From the NCBI GenBank assembly GCA_002726235.1, contig PBSN01000002.1:19010-83009 (forward strand): DNA of 64,000 bases, given 5' to 3'. This document shows positions 1-10,436 of the stretch, piece after piece. The translations under genes were made by a program, and so were the position numbers. Below the pieces are notes generated by a model, which made no database searches, was not told the origin of the DNA, and was given only the letters and a program-made list of their open reading frames with translations. The first letter of the stretch is position 1. Each line of letters starts with the position of its first letter. The DNA is from Nitrospiraceae bacterium (GTDB lineage: Bacteria; Nitrospirota; Nitrospiria; Nitrospirales; UBA2166).

Positions 1-1
1 G

Positions 2-64
2 GGTCTGGAAGAACTTACCTGCCAGAAATTCATCGTCCTCGGCAATGGTCAGGTAAGGGAGTAA
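2..64 (+). CDS. proA: gamma-glutamyl phosphate reductase, 3' end only (partial)
   Basis: Translates to GLEELTCQKFIVLGNGQVRE*, matching the typical ProA C-terminus. proA-nadD-rsfS synteny is common. Confidence 0.8.
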   Translation, partial: GLEELTCQKFIVLGNGQVRE

Positions 65-550
65 GGCAGCGTCGTATTTATCTATGATTTTAAGAAAGCG
101 TACACTACGTACCCCCCCAACATTCGAAGCAGGAACATAATCCGTGTAATCTTCTCTCAAGCTTGACACAACTTTTCATACTGCACAGCATATAGTAAAT
201 TTATCGGATGATTTGAACTTTGGCCAATACACCTAACCGTCAGCTCTTTGAGAATGGTCCATCCAGAAAGTTTTGGGAAATGAATGAGTGAAGTAAGCCA
301 AGACCTGTGCGCTGCCATTGCAAATTACATCCAAGCACATTAACTGCGATGCGAAGCAAGAAACACGCCGTGACACCCAAGACAACGTTACAGCTTGGGC
401 ATTTTTAGGCCATTAGGATACAGTTCTAAGTGAATTTCCAGTCACGATATGATTTACTCCTCACCGAGCGCGATCTAGGCGCACTCATCAAGCTAAAGTC
501 AAATCCACTATCCCGAGAGACATGCAACACAGCTTCACCAAACTGACATC

Positions 551-1255
551 ATGAACCTCGGCTTATTTGGTGGAACATTCGACCCCATTCATGCAGGACA
601 TCTTGCGATCACGCAAGAAATCGTTGATCGTGTGCTCTGCGATCAGATTCTTTTCATTCCTGCTGGTTTGCCGCCCCACCGAGAAAACTCTACTGTTACT
701 GCAATTGAGCATCGACGCGAAATGGTACGTCTTGCAATCGCGTGCATCCCCTCGTTCTTGCTTTCAGACATTGAAATAGACGGTCCATCATATTCGTATC
801 ATACAGTTGAAACGATACGGGAGATGCATGACGATGACACCAATCTCTCCTTCATCATCGGCCTCGATAATCTCTTTGCCCTTCCACATTGGAGAGAACC
901 CCAACGCATCCTCAAGGTTTGCAACCTGATCGTCGTTTCACGTCCAGGATGGAAATTTGAGTCTATTGTGGAACCACCGCACAAGGAATTTCTTGGGATA
1001 GACATTGAACCAGAAGGCCTTAAAGCTCTGGATGCCGGAATTTGCAATACACTCGTCATCTCCCCGAATCAGCGAACTAATCACTCACGATCCATAACCC
1101 TTCTTCGAGTCCATACCACCGATGTTTCGTCAAGCAAAATCCGCGAGGCTATAGCGCAAAAACAAGAAACTCAGACTCTATTGCCCGCCCCTGTTAAATC
1201 TTATATACTCAATTCCAGACTCTACACTACGGAGCATATTCACTCTGAATCCTAG
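551..1255 (+). CDS. nadD: nicotinate-nucleotide adenylyltransferase
   Basis: GLFGGTFDPIHAGH (HxGH motif), FIIGLDN, DVSSSKIR motifs. Confidence 0.95.
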   Translation: MNLGLFGGTFDPIHAGHLAITQEIVDRVLCDQILFIPAGLPPHRENSTVTAIEHRREMVRLAIACIPSFLLSDIEIDGPSYSYHTVETIREMHDDDTNLSFIIGLDNLFALPHWREPQRILKVCNLIVVSRPGWKFESIVEPPHKEFLGIDIEPEGLKALDAGICNTLVISPNQRTNHSRSITLLRVHTTDVSSSKIREAIAQKQETQTLLPAPVKSYILNSRLYTTEHIHSES

Positions 1256-1625
1256 ATCCAAAGCCCTCGAAGCAGCGCAGGCTGCCATCGAAACAAAGGC
1301 GAGAGATATTGTCATTTTTGAGGTCGGAGAACTGACAACCATTGCCGACTACATGGTAATCTGCTCCGCACAGTCTCATCGCCAAGTGCAAGCCGTGATG
1401 CGCCACGTAGAGAATCGACTAAAGAACCTTAAGACACTTCCACAGAGCATTGAAGGGACAGAAGCTGCTGTCTGGATTCTCATGGACTATGGCGACATCA
1501 TGGTCCACATTTTCACCAATGATATTCGGGAATACTATGGCCTCGACTCCGTATGGGGTGATGCACCTAGTCAAGTCTTTGAAAATGAACCATCGACCAT
1601 GGCCGCAGGCCGTACCATGGGATAA
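1245..1625 (+). CDS. rsfS: ribosome silencing factor (Iojap family); start probably non-canonical
   Basis: IADYMVICSA..RQVQA, WILMDYGDIMVHIF..IREYYGLD motifs. The open frame extends upstream of the 1353 ATG (KALEAAQAAIETKARDIVIFEV). CTG at 1245 follows GGAG at 1231-1234. Confidence 0.9.
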   Translation: MNPRSKALEAAQAAIETKARDIVIFEVGELTTIADYMVICSAQSHRQVQAVMRHVENRLKNLKTLPQSIEGTEAAVWILMDYGDIMVHIFTNDIREYYGLDSVWGDAPSQVFENEPSTMAAGRTMG

Positions 1626-1681
1626 CGCCAACGACTTCTGATCCGTGATCGTTACTTCTAACCCAGAGAAAATCTCACCTC

Positions 1682-2668
1682 ATGCTCCAAGACCACACGC
1701 TTCAATTTGAGAAATACTCGTCTATGGCGCTTCGCGGTGACGTCCTCACCCGTGAAGAATGTCGAGAGATCCTCACAACTCCGAATAGCGAAATCCTTGC
1801 TCTCCTCAGCGCCGCCTATGAGGTGAGAAAACAATTCGCCGGAAATGCCGTTCAAGTGCAAATGCTGACCAACGCCAAAAGCGGAGCGTGCATCGAAGAT
1901 TGCCAGTACTGTTCACAATCGTCTATTTCTACTGCCGATATCGAGCATTACGGTCTGTTGCCCGAGGACAGCCTCGTTGAGGCTGCACATCGCGCTGCCG
2001 AGTCCAAGGCCGTCAGGTACTGTATTGTCACCAGCGGCCGCGGGCCACTCGATCGCGAAGTGGACCTTATCGGGAAGGCAGTGAGTCGCATCAAGCGCGA
2101 GCTTCCATTGCAAGTCTGCTGTTCCCTCGGTTTGCTCACGGAACCCCAAGCCTGTCGCTTAAAAGAGGCAGGGGTGGACCGAATTAACCACAACCTCAAT
2201 ACCAGTGAGCGATATCACGCCGATATCTGTGAAACACACACATTCCGCGATCGCATTGATACCATCATCAATGCCAAGAAAGCCGGACTTGAAATCTGTT
2301 CAGGTGGAATCATCGGAATGGGTGAGAACGATGAAGATATCATCGATCTTGCACTGGCCCTTCGTGATGTCGGCCCCAATTCAATTCCGATCAACTTTCT
2401 TCACCCTATTGAGGGCACGCCATTGACGAGCTGTAACACCCTCACGCCACAACGATGTCTGAAGGTGTTATGTCTGTTCCGTTTTTTGCATCCTCGCAAG
2501 GAGATTCGAGCCGCTGGAGGGAGGGAGTATAATTTTCGTTCGCTCCAACCACTCGCACTGTTCGTAGCAGACTCCCTGTTCGTTGACGGCTACTTGACGA
2601 CTCCAGGACAGCCACCCAATGAGGTCTGGCAGATGATCGATGATCTTGGGTTTACCATCGCTAAATAA
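1682..2668 (+). CDS. bioB: biotin synthase (radical SAM)
   Basis: NAKSGACIEDCQYCSQS (CxxxCxxC), NHNLNTS, CSGGIIGMGE, SIPINFL, IRAAGGRE, GYLTTPG. Confidence 0.96.
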   Translation: MLQDHTLQFEKYSSMALRGDVLTREECREILTTPNSEILALLSAAYEVRKQFAGNAVQVQMLTNAKSGACIEDCQYCSQSSISTADIEHYGLLPEDSLVEAAHRAAESKAVRYCIVTSGRGPLDREVDLIGKAVSRIKRELPLQVCCSLGLLTEPQACRLKEAGVDRINHNLNTSERYHADICETHTFRDRIDTIINAKKAGLEICSGGIIGMGENDEDIIDLALALRDVGPNSIPINFLHPIEGTPLTSCNTLTPQRCLKVLCLFRFLHPRKEIRAAGGREYNFRSLQPLALFVADSLFVDGYLTTPGQPPNEVWQMIDDLGFTIAK

Positions 2669-2776
2669 TTGCACATCGGTCATATTTCATTTCCACGACT
2701 TTCCCAAACACCATCCCACACTATATTCCAAGTCTGCCTCTACCAAAGATCAACTGAGGTCATAGAGAAATAGCAT

Positions 2777-5086
2777 ATGCCTCTTCATAAATCGAAACAA
2801 CGCACACGAACAGGACTCCCTCTTTGGGTTAAACTCCTGCTCGCCATGCTCTTCGCCAGCACCCTTGGAGTCATCGGCGTCAGTGGAATCGTGTGGAATT
2901 TATCTCTAGACCTTCCTGACGTCGAAGCGCTCCACTCACATCAACCAAGCTTGGTCACGCATGTTTATGCGGATGACGGGAGGCCCATCGGACAGTTTTC
3001 TGTCGAGCGTCGAATTCTTACGCCATTAGACAAGATGCCGAGAGAACTCCTGCAGGCCGTCATTGCAGTCGAAGATGCTCGATTCAGGGAGCATGGGGGA
3101 GTGGATATTTTTGGAATCGTTCGGGCAGTTGTGACAAACCTCGAAGCCCTTCGAATTCGACAAGGGGCTAGTACCATCACGCAACAACTTGCACGATCCG
3201 TATTTTTGACCCCGAAACGCAGTTACACGAGAAAAATTAAAGAGGCAATTCTTGCCGTTCGCATGGAAAAAACGCTGTCGAAAGATAAGATTTTAGAACT
3301 CTACTTAAACCAGATCTATTTTGGCCATGGCGCGTATGGCGTCGCCGCAGCTGCAAAAACATATTTTTCAAAAAACATCTCAACGCTTTCGGTGGCAGAG
3401 TCAGCATTTATCGCAGGGCTCCCAAAAGCCCCGACGTTGTATTCACCATTCCGATATCCTGAACGTTCCCAGCGACGACTCCGCCACGTTCTAAAACGGC
3501 TTCACGATGAGGGATTCATTACCGGAGCCCAGCACGAAGAGGCAATCTCAACACCATTGAAATACCAGCGAGAGCAGGAAAACACAATTGCTCCCTACTT
3601 CGTCGATGCGGTTCGCCAACACCTTCTCAGCACATATGGCGAAAGCATGCTCTACAAGGGAGGACTCCATGTTAAGACTACGTTGAATATCGATGACTAT
3701 CAGGAAGCGGCCCGCGCAGTACGAAACGGCCTTCGCACGCTCGACAAACAGCAGGGATATCGAGGCCCTCTGAATCCGGAACAGGCCAATGGGTTTGAAG
3801 CCTCGCAGGACGGCATCCTGCAGGCAGTGGTCAACAAAGTTGATGCAGAGTCAGCCGTAGTCACTGCGGGAAACCTCACCGGAACCATTGCGCTCAAAGA
3901 CATGCTCTGGGCGGCTCGCCGCCTCATTGGCCCAGACGTCAATGAGGATATTGTCGTGTTGAAATCCCCAACGGCGGACCAGATTCTCAGCGCCGGAGAC
4001 ACTGTCGAGGTTATGGTCAAGACATCACGCACCGGGATCACGAGGTTTGCCTTGGAGCAAACCCCGCTTGTCCAAGGGGCACTCATGGCCATCAATCCAA
4101 AAACTGGAGCCATTCGCGCCATGGTCGGCGGTTATGACTTTAACCGTAGCGAATACAATCGGGCTACGTCTGCCAAACGGCAACCCGGATCAGCATTCAA
4201 ACCCATTATTTATACCGCGGCACTACAGGCAGGTATGACACCCGCAACCATTTTGATTGATTCTCCGGTAGTCTTTCAGAAATGGAAGCCAGAAAATTAT
4301 GAGAGAAAATTCTATGGGCCCGTCACACTTCGTGATGCGCTCATTCATTCACGAAATGTGGCAACGATAAAACTGCTAGAAAAAATCGGCTTTCGCCGCG
4401 TTCATGCACTCGCCGAATCCCTTGGCATTACCAGAATGCTAGACGTGGACCTCTCACTTGCCCTCGGATCATCGATCCTGACATTACAGGAACTAACGAA
4501 CGCATATGGAGTGTTCGCCAACCAAGGCGTTCACCTGAGCCCGTATTCTATAGAGTCTGTTCGCGATTCAGCTGGCGTGGTACTTGAGCAGCACGAACAT
4601 CATCCTCAACCCGTGCTGTCGCCCGAAACGACATATCTCATAACCACTATTCTTGAAGATGTCATTCAGCACGGCACAGGAAGCCGGGCAAAAGTAATTT
4701 CCTATCCTGTGGCTGGCAAGACCGGAACAACCAACGATTTCACTGATGGCTGGTTCATGGGCTATTCCCCACATACGGTGACTGGAGTCTGGGTGGGATT
4801 CGATAGGATTAAGTCATTGGGCGACAAGATATCAGGGGCTCGCTCGGCTCTTCCAATCTGGATCGACTTCATGAAAAACACCCCCCCCCTCTCTGACGAG
4901 AAACATTTTATCCCCCCAGACAATATCGTATTCGCCGAGATCGATCCCAAAACAGGGTTTCTCGCCAAGCACGGTGCATCTGACACCAAACGAGAAGTCT
5001 TCGTGCGCGGATCCGAACCCATCGAACATACCCCTCAGCAAGTCAATACACGAGATTTCTTCAACCTCGATCACGCGACCCCTTAG
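2777..5086 (+). CDS. mrcA: penicillin-binding protein 1A (transglycosylase/transpeptidase)
   Basis: N-terminal TM; EDARFREHGG, GASTITQQL, RKIKE, RQPGSAFKP (SxxK), SRN and KTGTT motifs. Confidence 0.93.
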   Translation: MPLHKSKQRTRTGLPLWVKLLLAMLFASTLGVIGVSGIVWNLSLDLPDVEALHSHQPSLVTHVYADDGRPIGQFSVERRILTPLDKMPRELLQAVIAVEDARFREHGGVDIFGIVRAVVTNLEALRIRQGASTITQQLARSVFLTPKRSYTRKIKEAILAVRMEKTLSKDKILELYLNQIYFGHGAYGVAAAAKTYFSKNISTLSVAESAFIAGLPKAPTLYSPFRYPERSQRRLRHVLKRLHDEGFITGAQHEEAISTPLKYQREQENTIAPYFVDAVRQHLLSTYGESMLYKGGLHVKTTLNIDDYQEAARAVRNGLRTLDKQQGYRGPLNPEQANGFEASQDGILQAVVNKVDAESAVVTAGNLTGTIALKDMLWAARRLIGPDVNEDIVVLKSPTADQILSAGDTVEVMVKTSRTGITRFALEQTPLVQGALMAINPKTGAIRAMVGGYDFNRSEYNRATSAKRQPGSAFKPIIYTAALQAGMTPATILIDSPVVFQKWKPENYERKFYGPVTLRDALIHSRNVATIKLLEKIGFRRVHALAESLGITRMLDVDLSLALGSSILTLQELTNAYGVFANQGVHLSPYSIESVRDSAGVVLEQHEHHPQPVLSPETTYLITTILEDVIQHGTGSRAKVISYPVAGKTGTTNDFTDGWFMGYSPHTVTGVWVGFDRIKSLGDKISGARSALPIWIDFMKNTPPLSDEKHFIPPDNIVFAEIDPKTGFLAKHGASDTKREVFVRGSEPIEHTPQQVNTRDFFNLDHATP

Positions 5087-5088
5087 GG

Positions 5089-5889
5089 TCAGTCATAACT
5101 CTCACGACCAGAAGGAAACTTTCCAGACTCAACATCCCTTCTGAATTGGCGGAGCGCTTTGATTGATGAAGTTTTGAGATGTGCGTACTGTTTCACGAAC
5201 TTTGGAACAAAAACATCAAACAACCCGAGAAGATCATACAACACCAAGACCTGGCCATCACATGCGGCACCAGCTCCAATTCCAATCGTTGGAATAGCCA
5301 CCGACGCAGCCACCTGCTCCGCAGCGTCAGCCGGTATCGCCTCTAATACCACCGCAAATACGCCAGCGGATTCAACCGCTTTCGCATCCTCAATCAGCTG
5401 GTCCACAGCACTCTGTGACCTTGCTTGGATTCGATACCCTCCAAGCTGATGAACCGATTGCGGGGTCATACCGAGATGCGCCATAACGGGAATCCCGAAC
5501 TCGACCATCGCACTCATTCGGTCAAGGACAACCACGCTGCCTTCGAGTTTAACTGCCGCAGCCCCACATTGAAGAAATCGACCGGCATTCTGGATGGCAT
5601 CATCAATGTTTCCCTGGTACGACAGAAACGGCATATCAGCAATCACAAGACTTTTCTTTGCTACTGATGCCACCATTCTAGTGTGATAGAGCATCTCCTC
5701 CATCGTCACCGACAACGTATCCTCTTTCCCTTGCACCACCATGCCAAGCGAATCTCCTACCAAGATCACATCGATTCCAGCTTCTTCAACAATGCGCGCG
5801 AAGGTGGCATCGTAGGCCGTCACCATCACAATTTTCTTCCCTTGTCGCTTGCGTTTCTGCAGATCAGTGATTGTCGTTCTGGGTTTCAT
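5089..5889 (-). CDS. panB: 3-methyl-2-oxobutanoate hydroxymethyltransferase
   Basis: TAYDA, LVGDSLGM, ADMPFLSY, VKLEG, HLGMTPQS, IGIGAG, DGQVLV. Confidence 0.97.
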   Translation of the reverse strand: MKPRTTITDLQKRKRQGKKIVMVTAYDATFARIVEEAGIDVILVGDSLGMVVQGKEDTLSVTMEEMLYHTRMVASVAKKSLVIADMPFLSYQGNIDDAIQNAGRFLQCGAAAVKLEGSVVVLDRMSAMVEFGIPVMAHLGMTPQSVHQLGGYRIQARSQSAVDQLIEDAKAVESAGVFAVVLEAIPADAAEQVAASVAIPTIGIGAGAACDGQVLVLYDLLGLFDVFVPKFVKQYAHLKTSSIKALRQFRRDVESGKFPSGRESYD

Positions 5890-5902
5890 CGCTTCAACCT
5901 TA

Positions 5903-7201
5903 CTATGGCCTGAGACGTTCTAACATTCTCGGAAACGGAATCGCTTCACGCACATGGTCAATGCCACATACCCACCGGACCACTCGTTCAATTCCCATTC
6001 CAAAACCTGCATGAGGAACGGAGCCATACCGCCGTACATCCACATACCATGAAAAGTCTTCGATTAGAAGACCATGCGCAGTGATTTTGTCCTGCAGGGT
6101 TTCAAGATCATCTTCACGCTGACCACCGCCGATAATTTCTCCTGCTCCTTCTGGTGCAAGCATGTCCATGCTGAGAGAGATGGTGGGATCGTCAGGATCA
6201 TTCTTCATGTAAAATGCTTTACAGGCCGCAGGATATCGGTGTACGATCACTGGCCGGTCAAACCATTCTGCGATCAAAGTTTCTTCATCAGCCCCAAAAT
6301 CGTGTCCCCACTCAAACGCGACACCCTGATTCCTGAGACGTTCAACAGCATCCCCATAGGTCATTCGAGGAAAGGGCTTTTTGATCTTTTTCAATTTCGC
6401 GATATCTCGATCAAGTACCGCCAGTTCTTCCGAACACCGAGTGAGAACATGGCAAACAATGGTCTCCACAAAATCTTCTGCAAGATTCATGTCGTCCTGC
6501 AGGTCAAAATACGCGACTTCCGGTTCGATCATCCAAAACTCCATCAAATGCCGGCGTGTCTTAGATTTTTCTGCTCGAAATGTCGGACCAAAGCAATATA
6601 CTTTTCCAAACGCCATCGCGCCAGCTTCCATGTATAGTTGACCACTCTGCGTCAAGTATGCAGGCTCCCCGAAATAATCAACTTCAAACAGCGTGGTTGT
6701 GCCTTCACACGAAGCCGGGGTAAAGACCGGCGCATCGAGAAGCGTAAACCCACGCGAATCAAAATAGTGACGAGATGCTTTAATTAACTCACTTCGGATC
6801 CTGAGGATCGCGTGCTGACGCGAAGAGCGCAACCACAGATGCCTATGGTCAAGAAGAAACGCAACGCCATGTTCTTTCGGCGTGATTGGATACTCTTCGG
6901 CAAGTGTCATAACCGAGAGATGTTTAATGGAAAGCTCAAATCCAGACGGTGCACGTTGTTCAACTCGAACCGTCCCGGTAACGATGATCGATGATTCTTG
7001 AGGAAGGTGACCCGCTATGCTGAAAACGTCCGCATCAACATCCCCCTTAAAAACAACACACTGGATAGTCCCTGTCCCATCCCGCAATTGCAAAAAATGG
7101 AGTTTTCCGCTAGACCGTCTGTTCTGCAACCAGCCTTTGAGCACAACCTCCTGCTTGTCGAATCCGGAAATATCCCGAATATACACCCACGGTGGCATCA
7201 C
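5903..7201 (-). CDS. asnS: asparagine--tRNA ligase
   Basis: OB-fold N-terminus, [47 protein letters not shown]. Confidence 0.96.
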   Translation of the reverse strand: MMPPWVYIRDISGFDKQEVVLKGWLQNRRSSGKLHFLQLRDGTGTIQCVVFKGDVDADVFSIAGHLPQESSIIVTGTVRVEQRAPSGFELSIKHLSVMTLAEEYPITPKEHGVAFLLDHRHLWLRSSRQHAILRIRSELIKASRHYFDSRGFTLLDAPVFTPASCEGTTTLFEVDYFGEPAYLTQSGQLYMEAGAMAFGKVYCFGPTFRAEKSKTRRHLMEFWMIEPEVAYFDLQDDMNLAEDFVETIVCHVLTRCSEELAVLDRDIAKLKKIKKPFPRMTYGDAVERLRNQGVAFEWGHDFGADEETLIAEWFDRPVIVHRYPAACKAFYMKNDPDDPTISLSMDMLAPEGAGEIIGGGQREDDLETLQDKITAHGLLIEDFSWYVDVRRYGSVPHAGFGMGIERVVRWVCGIDHVREAIPFPRMLERLRP

Positions 7202-7207
7202 AGGCTC

Positions 7208-8107
7208 TTAGCGAAGTTCCGCTCTCTTGATCAGCTCTGGAAGTCGATCAATTGCGGTGATGGTCATCAGGTGAACACCATCACAAGAATCGCGAATGGC
7301 ATTAATGGTCCTGACGGCAAGATCAATTCCAACATCGCAGGCTTTGTCTTCGGGTACCCCATCAAGCTCATCAACCATATCCTGTGGAACAGAAAGTCCC
7401 GGAATATTGTCATTTAGAAACCGAGCCATTTTCGCTGATCGCAACAGGATAATTCCCGCGATCACCTTGACCTGGAATTGGCGAGCAAAGGCCATAAATT
7501 CCTTAAAACGAACAGCATCGAAGATAGCTTGAGTTTGAAAGAAGTGCGCACCCGCGTTCACCTTCGTCTCAAATTTTGTTTGTGCAAGCCCACGGGGTAG
7601 CATGTCCGGCGTCATGGCAGCCCCCACATGCAAATCGGTCATCCCATTCAGCGTTTTCCCGTTCATGTCGTGTCCTTGATTCATCCCATCGATAATCTGC
7701 ATCATCTGAATGGAATCAATGTCATACACCGGCTTGGCATCCTTATGATCTCCAACAGTGGGGTAGTCGCCAGTCAAACACAAAAGATTTCTAATCCCCA
7801 GTAGATGTGCGCTGAGAAGGTCAGATTGAATGGCAAGTCGATTACGATCACGACAGGTGATTTGCATAACCGGATCATGCCCAATTTCGTACAACAATCG
7901 ACAAAGGGAAATCGATCCGGCACGCAACACAGCTGCCGTATTGTCAGTCACGTTGACACCATCAACCATCCCTACCATTTTCCCAGCTAGAGTCATCACC
8001 TTCGAAACATCAGTACCCTTTGGCGGGTTAAATTCGATAGTGGTCACGAAAGGCCTGGTTGCCAAAGCCTCCCGAAGACGTGGAACGTTATTCATCATGA
8101 CAGCCAC
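7208..8107 (-). CDS. metF: methylenetetrahydrofolate reductase family protein
   Basis: EFNPPKG, VNVTDN, ITCRDRNRLAIQSDLL, LCLTGD, FFQTQAIFD; lies next to folD. Confidence 0.85.
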   Translation of the reverse strand: MAVMMNNVPRLREALATRPFVTTIEFNPPKGTDVSKVMTLAGKMVGMVDGVNVTDNTAAVLRAGSISLCRLLYEIGHDPVMQITCRDRNRLAIQSDLLSAHLLGIRNLLCLTGDYPTVGDHKDAKPVYDIDSIQMMQIIDGMNQGHDMNGKTLNGMTDLHVGAAMTPDMLPRGLAQTKFETKVNAGAHFFQTQAIFDAVRFKEFMAFARQFQVKVIAGIILLRSAKMARFLNDNIPGLSVPQDMVDELDGVPEDKACDVGIDLAVRTINAIRDSCDGVHLMTITAIDRLPELIKRAELR

Positions 8108-8146
8108 TTACAAAAGACATGAATCGGCACAACATAGACTCGTCCC

Positions 8147-8995
8147 TCACTTCGCCGCGCGTACAGTAGCCTCAACCGTATTCTCCAACAACATGGCAAT
8201 GGTCATCGGACCCACGCCACCCGGAACAGGGGAAATCCACCCCGCAACTTTAGAAACGGTCTCAAAATCGACGTCCCCAACAAATCCGGTGTCTACTAAG
8301 TTCATTCCAACGTCGATCACGACGGCACCCGGCTTAACCATAGCCGCATCGATCATCTTGGCCTTCCCAGCTGCGACAACCAAAATATCAGCCTCACGAC
8401 ACCGACCAGCCAAGTCTTGTGTCCGAGAATGGCAAATCGTTACCGTTGCATGGCGTTCCAGCAGAAGCATCGCCGCTGGTTTTCCAACAATCTGGCTTCG
8501 GCCTACCACAACTGCTCGTTTGCCTGCAATTGACATTCCCGTTGACTCAATCATCTTCACCACTCCCTTTGGAGTACACGCGACAGCACGAGGGTTGCCT
8601 TGAAGCAACCCTCCCATATTATAGGGATGGAACCCATCGACATCTTTTTCAGCCGCAATGGTTTCAATAATCGCACGCTTGTCGATGTGATTGGGAAGGG
8701 GAAGTTGAACAAGAATGCCATGAATACTCGGGTTGAAATTTGCGGCCAAGACCAGATTAATAAGTTCATCTTGAGATACCGTCACTGGCAAGCGATGCTC
8801 CTCGGAGAAGACTCCAACAGACTCACACGCCCTGTGCTTATTTTTCACATACAAGGCCGAAGCCGGGTCATCTCCGACAAGAAATACCGAAAGGCCAGGA
8901 CGAACGCCTTTGGCCTGCAACGCCGCGGCCTGCTCACGCAACTCAGCTCTGATTTCCTGAGCCAAAGCCTTACCATCGATAATCTGCGCCGCCAC
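8147..8995 (-). CDS. folD: bifunctional methylenetetrahydrofolate dehydrogenase/cyclohydrolase
   Basis: IIDGKALA, YVKNK, HGILVQLPLP, KDVDGFHP, GRSQIVGKP, PVPGGVGPMT. Start taken at GTG 8995; ATG 9004 is the alternative. Confidence 0.97.
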   Translation of the reverse strand: MAAQIIDGKALAQEIRAELREQAAALQAKGVRPGLSVFLVGDDPASALYVKNKHRACESVGVFSEEHRLPVTVSQDELINLVLAANFNPSIHGILVQLPLPNHIDKRAIIETIAAEKDVDGFHPYNMGGLLQGNPRAVACTPKGVVKMIESTGMSIAGKRAVVVGRSQIVGKPAAMLLLERHATVTICHSRTQDLAGRCREADILVVAAGKAKMIDAAMVKPGAVVIDVGMNLVDTGFVGDVDFETVSKVAGWISPVPGGVGPMTIAMLLENTVEATVRAAK

Positions 8996-9005
8996 GCGTA
9001 GCATT

Positions 9006-9205
9006 CTAGCAGGATGTTGGAAAAGGTCGCCAGCAACGTTCTCATTCCGTTGTCATCCTCACGTACTTATGCGTACGTTCCAGGTACCAAAACAGCTACA
9101 GCCTTGCTAGGCAATCCTTCCTTCCCCTCTCATATTCCAGCAGACTGCCCGGTTGTTCCCATAGGGCCAAGCATGAGACAATTTTGCATTATTCAACGAA
9201 CACCG
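9006..9205. mobile_element. degenerate MITE-like dispersed repeat, copy 1 (CTAG end)
   Basis: Begins CTAGCAGGATGTTGGAAAAGGTCGCCAGCAACGTTCTC...CCTCACGTAC...CGTACG and aligns by eye with the reverse complements of 57540-57650 and 37845-37949. Right boundary approximate. Confidence 0.7.
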
Positions 9206-9246
9206 GGCCCATGGTGACGTGCAAGATAAAGTAGCTCCATCCGGAA

Positions 9247-9519
9247 CGAAAGGCCGCAGCGACACTCAAATATGGCCAGCCATCACAACCAGGCCCCACA
9301 ACTAATTGCCAAAGCCAAAAAGTCACCACGGAAGCACTCATCCGCGGTGTGCAAGAAGCCGCCATTCCAATCCAAGAAGATCGCGATCTCGCCCAACTCT
9401 TGCTATAACTCGACCGCGCTGAAGCAATGCCTGAAGAATTTTACCAAGTTATCGCCAAAGTCCACGCATTCATTTATCACATACGCAAAGAGTATCAATC
9501 GACACGAACAACACCCTGA
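9247..9519 (+). pseudogene. decayed FlhB C-terminal-like (EscU/YscU/HrcU family, YlqH-like) small protein
   Basis: Pieced from two frames: RKAAATLKY / QAPQLIAK / EALIRGVQEAAIPIQEDRDLAQLLL*LDRAEAMPEEFYQVIAKVHAFIY. Contains frameshifts and an in-frame TAA at 9406-9408. Confidence 0.75.
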
Positions 9520-9533
9520 CTACTGAACACACC

Positions 9534-10436
9534 ATGCACGGATCTATCATTATTCGCGACCTTTCCATCAACACTCACTGTGGGGTGACACCCGAAGAAC
9601 GTTCGGTTGCGCAACAACTGATCGTCAATGTCGAGGCAACCTACGACACGACGCAAGCAGTCATTTCTGACGATATCTATAAAACTGTTGACTACGAACG
9701 GGTGTGCCAAGTCATCAAAGACATCGCACGCACAGAAACATTTGCGCTGCTAGAAACATTAGGCAATCACATAATCAATCGTCTTTTTGAAACCACAGAT
9801 GCACAAACAATAATCATAACGCTCACGAAGAAAACCCTCGCCACGATTTTAGGGAATCAGGGGTCGATTGGAGTAACGACAAGCGCACAACGTCCAGATG
9901 GTCCACAGGGGAACCGACCCTCAGCGCTGCTTACAGAACATCTCGCATTAATCCCACCTGGACGTGCCCTCGACATTGCAACCGGGAAAGGGCGGAACGC
10001 GCTGTTTCTCGCACAGGCTGGCTTTCAGGTAAACGGCGTCGATCGAAATCGTGAAGCACTAGCGGCATGTGAGGAAAAAGCAAAACAACTCGGTCTTCGG
10101 GATCTTTCACTCAACGAAATCGACCTCGAACAGTCACCATCAATTGAGAACAACTCCTATAATTTGATCGTCAACACCTACTACCTTCAGCGCAACCTCG
10201 CTCCAGCAATTGTGAATGCGCTGAGAACCGGAGGCATCCTCATTTTCGAAACCTTCTTGATTGCAAATCATCATCGATTCAATCACCCACGCCGAAAAGA
10301 GTTTTGCTTGGAATCCAACGAATTACTCAGTCTCTTCCGAGGTCTCACTGTCCTGTACTACCAAGAAAATACGACAGGGAAAGGCCCCTACCTCGCCCGT
10401 CTAGTTGCCACGAAATCGTCAAACCCCGTTCTATAA
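9534..10436 (+). CDS. folB: dihydroneopterin aldolase fused to a class I SAM methyltransferase (TehB-like)
   Basis: N-terminal HCGVTPEER, TVDYERV, FALLETL (FolB). C-terminal RALDIATGKGRNALFLA, YYLQR, GGILIFETF (methyltransferase). Confidence 0.85.
   Translation: MHGSIIIRDLSINTHCGVTPEERSVAQQLIVNVEATYDTTQAVISDDIYKTVDYERVCQVIKDIARTETFALLETLGNHIINRLFETTDAQTIIITLTKKTLATILGNQGSIGVTTSAQRPDGPQGNRPSALLTEHLALIPPGRALDIATGKGRNALFLAQAGFQVNGVDRNREALAACEEKAKQLGLRDLSLNEIDLEQSPSIENNSYNLIVNTYYLQRNLAPAIVNALRTGGILIFETFLIANHHRFNHPRRKEFCLESNELLSLFRGLTVLYYQENTTGKGPYLARLVATKSSNPVL

Noticed and set aside
65..550. Possible sRNA, riboswitch or gene between proA and nadD
   Set aside because: Only short stop-interrupted frames and no recognisable motif. 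TTGACA at 163 is 22 nt from TATAGT, too far for a sigma70 promoter.
9272..9526. 84-aa ORF from the ORF track
   Set aside because: Mostly an out-of-frame reading of the FlhB-like pseudogene.
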